This document shows positions 47,605 to 55,893 of a stretch of 64,000 bases of DNA, in pieces. How positions within the stretch are numbered: the stretch's first letter is position 1; each line of letters starts with the position of its first letter. A program made the position numbers and the translations under genes. The stretch is taken from IMG/VR virus record IMGVR_UViG_3300028571_000012, one strand, 5' to 3'. The notes below the pieces were generated by a model that did not search any database, was not told the origin of the DNA, and was given only the letters and a program-made list of their open reading frames with translations. This DNA is from an uncultured virus (IMG/VR IMGVR_UViG_3300028571_000012). Its lineage: Duplodnaviria; Heunggongvirae; Uroviricota; Caudoviricetes.

Positions 47605-48051
47605 TTATGATCCGCTCGTAAACCTTCTAAAATCCAATATGTTTTTAATCGTAGAGTGACGCCATTTAATATTGTCCAGTATGTCTTTTAATGTATCAAC
47701 TATTGTTTGTTGATAGTCCATAGTCAAACGCAATTTGGAAATATCAGGATCTGTTTCATAAAACATTTCCATATCGCTTTTTAATGGTTTGGCCATTCCG
47801 TGAAATGGATCATAATTCCAACCACGTGAATCCATTTCGGCTTTGGTCATTTTACCGTTGTAATATAACCACTTGTCTTTTTTCAAATGCGCCATTTCAA
47901 GGTCTTTTTTCTTATATCGTAATTTTGATATGCCATATAATTCAAGATATTTTGCGTGCAAACTTGCGCTTTTTATGCTCGTAATATCAAGATTGACTTC
48001 GTCAATTTTACTGTCCTCTTTCCATAATGTTAGTATTTCATCAAGTGTCAT
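47605..48051 (-). CDS. uvsY: recombination mediator
   Basis: W.EDS.ID, LHAKYL, W.YYNGK, IKN. Confidence 0.88.
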   Translation of the reverse strand: MTLDEILTLWKEDSKIDEVNLDITSIKSASLHAKYLELYGISKLRYKKKDLEMAHLKKDKWLYYNGKMTKAEMDSRGWNYDPFHGMAKPLKSDMEMFYETDPDISKLRLTMDYQQTIVDTLKDILDNIKWRHSTIKNILDFRRFTSGS

Positions 48052-48072
48052 AATATTGTAATATAGTATGTA

Positions 48073-48525
48073 TCAAATAAATTGGAATCGGTCATATCGG
48101 AATGTCACGTCAACATATGCATATTCAACACTTGTATTTTGTGTGTTAAATTCAATACTACCTAATGCTGTTGGAAATGCACCTATAAATTTGACTCTTC
48201 TGGAAACATTGTTGTGACCAGTCATAAAGTGCAATGTTAATTCCTCAGTCTTTAATTTTTCTTCTCGAGTGTTATATAACATCCAATCGTGTATTTCATT
48301 ATATGCCAATAATTGGTCATCCACAGCAATTCGGATTGTAAATGGCTCGTATTGTAATACATCATCGGCAACAAACCCTTGTCTGTTTCTGTATGATGCA
48401 CTTGCCTCACCTAGTGAAATATTTGGAAATGTTGCGCTTACTGCAAAAAACTCTGAAAGTTTATAGTTGACAGATGAACCTATGGTAAGTTTAAACCCGG
48501 TAAGTGCTAATAAGTTGTATTGCAT
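48073..48525 (-). CDS. gp3: tail-tube terminator/completion protein (gp3-like)
   Basis: Tube-fold motifs FPT.LG, VTFRY; position after gp23; late promoter 48533-48540. Confidence 0.7.
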   Translation of the reverse strand: MQYNLLALTGFKLTIGSSVNYKLSEFFAVSATFPNISLGEASASYRNRQGFVADDVLQYEPFTIRIAVDDQLLAYNEIHDWMLYNTREEKLKTEELTLHFMTGHNNVSRRVKFIGAFPTALGSIEFNTQNTSVEYAYVDVTFRYDRFQFI

Positions 48526-48546
48526 ATGAAATTATTTATACTAAAA

Positions 48547-48574
48547 AAGCGGTTGGCCTTTCGACCAACCGCTT
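48547..48574 (-). terminator. gp23 intrinsic terminator
   Basis: aagcggttgg/ccaaccgctt plus U-tract. Confidence 0.85.
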
Positions 48575-48598
48575 AGAGTTATTTACCGTCCGTTAGGA

Positions 48599-49978
48599 TT
48601 AGACAACAGATGTATCAGTAGGGATGTAAGAACCACCACCAAGGTTTGTAACTTGGAATGTACGGAAGTATGGGTTCTGACGATCAGCACCTTTACCACC
48701 GTCGGTATTTGGAGAACCAGCAAATGGGTTGGCAACAAGACCGTAACGTGTTTTGAAACCAATTTTTGGTTGGAACGTGTTAGGATCAACGGCGCGAACC
48801 ATTGTCAAAGGAACGTATGGGCAATAGAATATACCTGCGTCATATGCGTTTGAACCGCGATAACCAACAGTGATGTAATCAGTTAATGCAAAAGGATCAA
48901 CATATACTTTCAAACGACCGTTGATGATACCTGCAAAAACATTGCCTGTGTCGTCAACATTAAGGTTTGCGGAAAGAGCAGGCGCATAATCAAGAACACC
49001 AGCAGCTGCAAGAGCACTTGCAACGTTGGATGAGCAGATTACAATGTTACCTTTACCACGACGTGTTGCTTTTGCAACGGCGTTAGCCTCGAGTTCGATT
49101 TGATAGATAAGCGACTTGAATTTTTCAACGGCCCAACGACCATCGGCATCTTCGTGAATGTCGAAACCACCAGTTGCGGCACCAACAACGATTGATGTGT
49201 TACCTGCACCTGCAGTTGAAGTAACACCACCGAATGTTGTGTTACGAATACCACCAAGAATAGCTTTTGCATTAACAAGGTCAATCACTTCACGGTTGAT
49301 TTCCGCAAGGATTTCAACAGAAAGGATGTTTGCAAGTTCTGCTTCAGCATCAAGTCCGTGAACGGACTTAAGGTCTTGAGCAAGTTCCATTGTGTATTCA
49401 GCTTTAAGAGCACGTGTTTGAGCAGTAACAGCTGTTCTATCAACTGTGAAATCCATTTGGCCGAAACCACCTGGGGAACCTGCAGAGGTACGACCAATTT
49501 GAACAGTGTTGCCTGTATTTGGGTCAACATAGTTACCGTTGGTACCGTTACCTGAAAGTACTTCGCCTTGTGCTGTAGTAACAGGACCGGAGAATGCACT
49601 GTCAGGCTTGTTGAAGAGAGCTTCAGCAGTATTTACACCAGCAGCGTTTTGATATTGACTGCGCATTGCGAAGATCAAACCGGTAGGCATTGTCATTGGT
49701 TGAACACCAGCAATATCGTAAGCAACGATATTTGGCATTGCACGACGGACAAGCGAGATAAGAACTGGATCCCAGGTCTTAACAGAGCCGGAACCATCAC
49801 CAATGGCGCTGCTTTCGTTAAGGAAAGATGCTTGCGCACTTTCTTCGCGAAGAGCTTTTTCTTGGTTTTCAAGAAGCACAGCGGTAATCGACTTACGATA
49901 ATTGTCCTTAAATGCAGGAGCGTCTTTGGCTTCCAATACTGGAGCCCATTTTTTTTCGAGTTGTTCTGAATTAAACAT
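48599..49978 (-). CDS. gp23: major capsid protein
   Basis: KW.PVL, LLENQ, GVQPM..PTGLIFAMR, ELAQDLK, FQPKIGFKTRYG. Confidence 0.98.
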   Translation of the reverse strand: MFNSEQLEKKWAPVLEAKDAPAFKDNYRKSITAVLLENQEKALREESAQASFLNESSAIGDGSGSVKTWDPVLISLVRRAMPNIVAYDIAGVQPMTMPTGLIFAMRSQYQNAAGVNTAEALFNKPDSAFSGPVTTAQGEVLSGNGTNGNYVDPNTGNTVQIGRTSAGSPGGFGQMDFTVDRTAVTAQTRALKAEYTMELAQDLKSVHGLDAEAELANILSVEILAEINREVIDLVNAKAILGGIRNTTFGGVTSTAGAGNTSIVVGAATGGFDIHEDADGRWAVEKFKSLIYQIELEANAVAKATRRGKGNIVICSSNVASALAAAGVLDYAPALSANLNVDDTGNVFAGIINGRLKVYVDPFALTDYITVGYRGSNAYDAGIFYCPYVPLTMVRAVDPNTFQPKIGFKTRYGLVANPFAGSPNTDGGKGADRQNPYFRTFQVTNLGGGSYIPTDTSVV

Positions 49979-49984
49979 AATAGT

Positions 49985-49992
49985 TATTTATA
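49985..49992 (-). promoter_or_regulatory. late promoter TATAAATA
   Basis: 6 nt upstream of gp23 ATG. Confidence 0.75.
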
Positions 49993-50037
49993 ATAGTTGT
50001 TGTTTTACTTATTGTTTGTGGGAATAAAGCGCATTGT

Positions 50038-51831
50038 TTAGCAGACCAAATTGGCAGTTGTTGCCTTGTTCATGCGTGACATTGCACTTAAATAGTTTTG
50101 CATTGAAGGGGAAAGTGATTCTCCTTCAATTGTGTTTTCGATGATTGTTTCTTTTGAAATAAATGAAGCGTTATCGTCAACGTTTTCATTTAACGTGTTT
50201 TTATTAGCTGCACGACCGTTAATGTAAAATTCACGAATGGTTCCAACCTTTTTGGTAAAGGTATCTTCATTAATAAATTCAACATCTTCAACAAGTTCAG
50301 TTAATTTTGCAATTTGGGTATCAGCAAGACCAGTGGAAGCTTCTGCAATAACTTTTTGACGTGTAAGTTTTTCAACACGATCAGCAAGTGCATTTGCAAT
50401 TCTTCCTTTTTTCTCAACTTGTTCTTTTAGTGAGGATACTTGTGCTTCCATATCTGAAACAATATTAACCTTACTTTCAGGAACTTCGATATAGTGTTCT
50501 GTAAAGATATTTTTAAGAGAGCCAATAAAGCTTTCAGCAATTTCTGTACGAAGTGTGGATTCAACTGCAACTTTGTTATCATTAACCCATGTCTCAACAG
50601 CGTATGTCAAGTATGAATCAATTTTTTCAACCAAGTTTTCTTTGAGCACTTCAACTTCCTCATTGAGGCGTGTTGCATATTGTTCTTTAAGAAGTGATTT
50701 GGTTTCTTTAACTTTCGAGGCAACGGCAGCTTCAAAAATGATGCTTGCTTTTTCCTTGAAACCTTCAGTTAAACCTTCTTCGTCTTTAACAAGTTCTTCA
50801 ATGTCAGTTGGTATTGTGCTAGGTTTTTCACTTCCAATAACTGTGTCACCTTGTAATTGTATATCCATATCAAGAATATCTGCCACAACTTGTACAAGTT
50901 CTTTATCTGATAATGATTTAACATTAAGAAGAGTGCGATTATCCATAGTATGCGCAAACTTATAAGCATAATACTTAAAGTCCTTTATGGACATTTCATC
51001 CTTATCATTAAAAGCATCAATCAGTTGATTTGAATATTGCCATGCATCTTCTTCTTCTTGACTTAATTCCTCATCTTCATCTTCTTCGTTAACCGATTCT
51101 TTTTTGATAAGTTTCATGAATTCAGGTTTGGTGAGTTTTTTGAATTTTGCTTCAGTCATTTCTTCTTCGTCGGATTCTTCCTGTGCTTTCATTTCAGCAA
51201 TATGTGCTTCAAGTGCTTCAAGTGCATCAAAATCACCATTGATGATTAACTCCATCATTGCTGATTTATGTTCTTCATCAGTAGGAATTGCTACCATTTT
51301 GAGCATATCAAGTAACACTGCACCACCTTCTTCTTCATACTTTTCATTGCTCTTTGCGGCAAGTGTTTCCACTTGTTCATCAGTTAATTCAAGTTTTGCT
51401 GCAAGTGATTCAATTGTTTCTTCTTCGGCTTCCATTTTTTCCATATCTTCCATATCTTCCAGACTGTACATTTTTTCCATGCTCTCATTAATTTTAGCGA
51501 GTGAGGAAAGAACATAATCTTTACTTCCCAATTTGCGTTGATTAAACACGATTTTAGTTTTAGGTGTATCCTTTCCTTTAAATGTGATTGATGATGGAGA
51601 TACATCGACAACAACACCAAAGTTGGTTTTATCACCTTTTTTGTATTCTTTTACTTTATTTGCGATTGTAATAACTTCTTCCGGATTTTCCTTCAAAGTG
51701 CGTTCAGCAATAAAATTATCAACTTCCTCTTGTACGGTTTGCTTTGTAATTTCCTCGGCAACACCATCTAGAGTAAGCAACGTTTGTTCTGTGATGTCTT
51801 GAATGACATCCTTTTGTTTTGTATTTGACAT
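50038..51831 (-). CDS. gp22: prohead core scaffold protein, N-terminally expanded
   Basis: FKEKA.IIFEAAV, IDSYL.Y.VE.W, F.EHYI.VPE, M..Y. Confidence 0.9.
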   Translation of the reverse strand: MSNTKQKDVIQDITEQTLLTLDGVAEEITKQTVQEEVDNFIAERTLKENPEEVITIANKVKEYKKGDKTNFGVVVDVSPSSITFKGKDTPKTKIVFNQRKLGSKDYVLSSLAKINESMEKMYSLEDMEDMEKMEAEEETIESLAAKLELTDEQVETLAAKSNEKYEEEGGAVLLDMLKMVAIPTDEEHKSAMMELIINGDFDALEALEAHIAEMKAQEESDEEEMTEAKFKKLTKPEFMKLIKKESVNEEDEDEELSQEEEDAWQYSNQLIDAFNDKDEMSIKDFKYYAYKFAHTMDNRTLLNVKSLSDKELVQVVADILDMDIQLQGDTVIGSEKPSTIPTDIEELVKDEEGLTEGFKEKASIIFEAAVASKVKETKSLLKEQYATRLNEEVEVLKENLVEKIDSYLTYAVETWVNDNKVAVESTLRTEIAESFIGSLKNIFTEHYIEVPESKVNIVSDMEAQVSSLKEQVEKKGRIANALADRVEKLTRQKVIAEASTGLADTQIAKLTELVEDVEFINEDTFTKKVGTIREFYINGRAANKNTLNENVDDNASFISKETIIENTIEGESLSPSMQNYLSAMSRMNKATTANLVC

Positions 51832-51985
51832 ATGTTATTTTACTTTTTAATGTTTGTTTGGAGAGGAAATGAACAAACCAAAAGGTTTTTTCAATTTCTG
51901 TCTCATATTATTCAATGTTTCCCATAGTAATAGTTCACTTACAACAACTTGATGTTAATCCATAATTTAAAATTTGTAAATGTTC

Positions 51986-52639
51986 TTAAAGATTAATATC
52001 CTTAAGAAAATTTGAAAAGAGTTTTATTTGTTGTTCTGCCAATTGTGCTTTTGGCATTTTTGAAATAATTTTTTTGTATTTATCCGAAGTAACCGCAACA
52101 ATTGAATTACCTTTATAAAAGTATTCTACACCTTCCATAATCCCGTTTACAAATGCGGAAGGTGCGGAAGGATCTTGAACAATATCAACTGTTGAAAGAA
52201 CAAAATCATCGTTAACAGTTGTTTTGCCATTTTTGTTATCAACTGTTCCCATACCGCGGCTTGATACACCGAGTTGGCAACCACCTTCAAGTAACCCTTT
52301 GACAATAATTCCCATTGGAGTGTTTAAGATAAGCGCCTTGCCAAGCACATCGTTACCGTCCCATGAAAGGTCTGTAATGCGATGTGAAACTTTATCCAAG
52401 TTTATGCTTGGTGATTCAGGGTGATTTAATTCACCTACCGCACGTCCTTTATTGACATAATTGGTAACATAACGGTCAACGGCGGTTTCAAGAACAGTTT
52501 TTGGATAAATTCTACTGTTTCTATTAAGCTGTTCAGCTTGCATGAAAATACCTTCAATGACAAATTTCTTTTCGCCATTGGACCCAACTGATTCAGAAGA
52601 ATATTTGACATTTTCTGTATGTTCGGTTATTAACTTCAT
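51986..52639 (-). CDS. gp21: prohead protease
   Basis: MKLITE, NRN.RIYP, GELNHP, GVSSRGMG, DPSAP.AFV. Confidence 0.96.
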   Translation of the reverse strand: MKLITEHTENVKYSSESVGSNGEKKFVIEGIFMQAEQLNRNSRIYPKTVLETAVDRYVTNYVNKGRAVGELNHPESPSINLDKVSHRITDLSWDGNDVLGKALILNTPMGIIVKGLLEGGCQLGVSSRGMGTVDNKNGKTTVNDDFVLSTVDIVQDPSAPSAFVNGIMEGVEYFYKGNSIVAVTSDKYKKIISKMPKAQLAEQQIKLFSNFLKDINL

Positions 52640-52669
52640 TATAGAATCTATTTATACAAAACGATATTT

Positions 52670-53302
52670 CTACACGCATTTTTTTAATATTTCACCGTAT
52701 ACACTCATAATATTCATATTAATACTTTTAAGCTGCTTTGGTGTGCACAATTTTGCCGGCATTACTTTTAGCAATTCCTCACAATATAATGGACTTGCCA
52801 ATTCCCAATTACGAGTTATATAAACATAATGATAAAAATGCAAATAAGCATTGGCCTGTTTGGCATAAAGAGTGGCATCAAATAATTGCCATTCTTTGTT
52901 TAGTTTTAGTACGCGTGCCTCACAATCTTGTTCCAATAAAATTGTTTTATACATTTCATTCCAAAAACTGATACCATCAGTATTGTTGGCTTGTAAATCT
53001 TCCCAAAATGTGGATGCTTGATGATCATTCCATAAAGATGTATTCTGGACGGCTTGTGTCATATGACAAAACTCATGAACAAATGTTTCTTCAAACAAAT
53101 GTAATTCGCGAGCCACTTCGATGGATTCGCCATCACACCAACCTGTACATTCGGCTGGATCATCTCCGTATTTAATTTTTGTGCCAGGGTGAATTACAAG
53201 TTCCTTGCCATGCTCATCCAAATAATCCAAAGCAAAATCAAAAAACTTTTTGAATTGTGAAGTACAATCAGATATTTGAGAATGTAATTTTCGTCTATTC
53301 AT
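52670..53302 (-). CDS. HEXXH metallopeptidase-like protein
   Basis: FVHEFCH..Q, LEQDCE. Confidence 0.6.
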   Translation of the reverse strand: MNRRKLHSQISDCTSQFKKFFDFALDYLDEHGKELVIHPGTKIKYGDDPAECTGWCDGESIEVARELHLFEETFVHEFCHMTQAVQNTSLWNDHQASTFWEDLQANNTDGISFWNEMYKTILLEQDCEARVLKLNKEWQLFDATLYAKQANAYLHFYHYVYITRNWELASPLYCEELLKVMPAKLCTPKQLKSINMNIMSVYGEILKKCV

Positions 53303-53339
53303 GGTAATGATAAAACAAACTCAATTGACAACCAAATGT

Positions 53340-53495
53340 TTATTTTGTTTGTTTATTGTAGATATCAGCGGTCATTTCAACTTTTTTAATGTCAAGTATT
53401 GTTCGTGCTTTATCTTGTATAAGCGCATTAAATGACGCATCAGTTGCTTTTGCATCTCCGCTTACTATATTTTGAATTAATTCTTTAGCGTCCAT
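53340..53495 (-). CDS. small prohead core protein (gp67-like, 51 aa)
   Basis: Hand translation MDAKELIQNIVSGD...KKVEMTADIYNKQTK; after portal; TATAAATA at 53503-53510. Confidence 0.7.
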   Translation of the reverse strand: MDAKELIQNIVSGDAKATDASFNALIQDKARTILDIKKVEMTADIYNKQTK

Positions 53496-53513
53496 AGTAT
53501 TTTATTTATAGTG

Positions 53514-55256
53514 TTATTGTCCTGGGTTAAAAACAGGTGCGGGTGAGGATGATGGAGCCATATCTTGAGGTTCCGCAACTGGAGATGGTTCCGATGTATC
53601 AGCTGCATTATCTTGTGCACCAAAATCAAAATTATCATCTGGTTCATTTGTCTCAGGAGCATCAAAAGCATTATCAGGTGTTTCCATATCCATTTCATCA
53701 GTATCAGATCCCATATCAAAGCCACCGTCATCACCCATATCACTTTGTGGTTCCTTAGGTTCAAGTTTTGCAGCGGCTTCCAACGCAATTTGTTCATCCA
53801 TTTTTTGAATTTCTTCATCCGATTGATTAAGAATATTGGAACGAACCCATTTTTCGGAATAGTATTTGCCAATTTTATCTTCGATTGAATTAAGCATGGT
53901 AATACGTTCATTCATAATTTCAAAGTCTTTTAATTCACTGAAAAAGTTATCTTCAAGATAGTCAACCGCAATATTTTCTCTAATATCATCCCAATCGTCA
54001 ACGGTAATAATACCTTTAAGAATCAATTGCACTTTTAACATGCTAATAAACAATACAGAAAACTTTTTACGAAGTCGATTAATAAATTTTTGAAATTTAA
54101 CTTCATCTCTTGTAATTTCGGTACTGCGGCCTATGTTATAAGCTGTCGCACTTTCAAGTCTATTTGGTGGAACATTTAAAGAATTGTATAGTTTTCTTTG
54201 GAAGAATACAACGTCATCAATTTGACCTAAGTTTTCACCGCCAGGTAATGTTGTAATTTCCGTTCCTCTTCCACCATCACGGCGAGGCAACCAAAAATCT
54301 TCAAGCATTGTCATTGTTTTACGATCATCTCGCATTTCGCCTGTGGAAACATCGTAAACAAGTTTATTACGATATTTGGCCATAATGCCTTGGACATATT
54401 CTTCTGCCTTTCCTTTTGGAAGATTACCAATATCAATGTAGAAAATACGGCGTTCAGGCGCACGCGCCATACGATAGATTACCAATGAATCTTCCATCAT
54501 ACGCAACTGGTTAACCATTTTTGTTGCTTTATGCAAATATGATATTGAAACAACACCGCTTTCATCAAGCAATCCTGAAGGAACATAAACAACTGTATTA
54601 GGATCAATTCTAATACCATTTGTAGTATTACCCAAACCTGGTGATCCATTAAAATCATCGCTGTATAAAAAGTATTCTCCGCTTACCGAAGAAGTTTTTA
54701 CACCGCTGATTTTATCAATTTTTGTGGTAATTTCTTTGACCTTTTTAATTCTTAAAGGATCAATTTGGCGAATTTCACGAATACCATCTTTTGATTTTTC
54801 ATTATCAATCATTAAATGATAATAAATTTTGCCATCAATGTACCATCGGCGAAAAATATCCGAACCGTTATAGTTAAAATCCAATAACTTAAGAATAATT
54901 TTAAATTCCTCATGAATTTTATCCTTAATATTTTCAGGTAATTCAACATTATCAAGAACCAAATTGACAGGACTACCGTCACTATCATTTACAATGGACG
55001 CATCAACAATATCGGAAACAGCGCTATCACATTCAGGTTGACTTGCCGCATTACGATATTTAAGAATTAAATCTTTTTCGTTGGTGACCATTGCACCATT
55101 AAGATCAAGCACTTGACCATAATAACCACTTGTTGATGATGAATTTACAATTGCAGTACCGTCACTTTCAAGTGGTGGCGCAAAGGATTTTAAATCATAT
55201 TCATCCTCAACTGTTTTTCCAATCTTTTTGCTTATTTCAAATCCGAATAGGTTCAT
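53514..55256 (-). CDS. gp20: portal protein with acidic C-terminal tail
   Basis: LFGF, FRRWYIDG, RAPERRIFYID.GNLPK.KAE, EDFWLPRR; start moved to MNLFGF. Confidence 0.96.
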   Translation of the reverse strand: MNLFGFEISKKIGKTVEDEYDLKSFAPPLESDGTAIVNSSSTSGYYGQVLDLNGAMVTNEKDLILKYRNAASQPECDSAVSDIVDASIVNDSDGSPVNLVLDNVELPENIKDKIHEEFKIILKLLDFNYNGSDIFRRWYIDGKIYYHLMIDNEKSKDGIREIRQIDPLRIKKVKEITTKIDKISGVKTSSVSGEYFLYSDDFNGSPGLGNTTNGIRIDPNTVVYVPSGLLDESGVVSISYLHKATKMVNQLRMMEDSLVIYRMARAPERRIFYIDIGNLPKGKAEEYVQGIMAKYRNKLVYDVSTGEMRDDRKTMTMLEDFWLPRRDGGRGTEITTLPGGENLGQIDDVVFFQRKLYNSLNVPPNRLESATAYNIGRSTEITRDEVKFQKFINRLRKKFSVLFISMLKVQLILKGIITVDDWDDIRENIAVDYLEDNFFSELKDFEIMNERITMLNSIEDKIGKYYSEKWVRSNILNQSDEEIQKMDEQIALEAAAKLEPKEPQSDMGDDGGFDMGSDTDEMDMETPDNAFDAPETNEPDDNFDFGAQDNAADTSEPSPVAEPQDMAPSSSPAPVFNPGQ

Positions 55257-55274
55257 AGTATTATTTATAGAAAA

Positions 55275-55307
55275 AAACTCGGTGGCATTATGGACACCAC
55301 CGAGTTT
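55275..55307 (-). terminator. gp19 intrinsic terminator
   Basis: aaactcggtgg/ccaccgagttt plus U-tract, followed by TATAAATA 55262-55269. Confidence 0.8.
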
Positions 55308-55327
55308 GTTAAGTTTAGAATATTGTA

Positions 55328-55858
55328 TTATTCGCTTGCTCCAAAGGATGATGTCCAATATTGATATGCAAATTCAACTGTAAAGTCTTCAATTGCATTA
55401 TTTGTTTCATAAGCCATTTCAATAGCTGAAACGGCAATGGGATATGCATTAACAAATCTATAAGATTTACCTTTTTGTTCTTTTCGATCAAGTTGAGTAA
55501 TTCTCAAATCTCTGTAGTAATCAAGAGGGCTGAATGAACCTGAAGTATTGGATACGTTATTGTTAATAAGATTCATCCACTCTTCCATGGCCGTACGAAT
55601 TTTCATGTTATTATCGTTAATTACGGTAACAGTCCAATTTTCATAGGTACGATCACCTGCAATTTTAAGCATACGTCCGCGATACGCAAGATCAATATTT
55701 TCAATTGTGCTTGCGGGCAAGGATGCGGCTTTAATAAGAAATGATGCATCATTTTTATCGGATGATCCTGCACCAGGCCATTCAAGTTTTACCTCGAAAA
55801 GGTTTGCGCGAGCACCACCGCCGATTAATTTTGTTTTAAAGTCGTCGATATTAGGCAT
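55328..55858 (-). CDS. gp19: tail tube protein
   Basis: GGARANLF, AGDRT..W..T..ND, F.Y.YW. Confidence 0.95.
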   Translation of the reverse strand: MPNIDDFKTKLIGGGARANLFEVKLEWPGAGSSDKNDASFLIKAASLPASTIENIDLAYRGRMLKIAGDRTYENWTVTVINDNNMKIRTAMEEWMNLINNNVSNTSGSFSPLDYYRDLRITQLDRKEQKGKSYRFVNAYPIAVSAIEMAYETNNAIEDFTVEFAYQYWTSSFGASE

Positions 55859-55893
55859 ATAATTGTTTTTAGTTATTATGTTTATTTATAATA

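Noticed and set aside
51832..51985. 154-bp gap before gp22 as ncRNA
   Set aside because: No convincing stem or known motif by eye; probably a leader
55257..55358. ORF-track N-terminal extension of portal (likewise rnh, gp43, gp45 and 339-656)
   Set aside because: Extensions run through promoters or terminators; downstream ATGs match family starts
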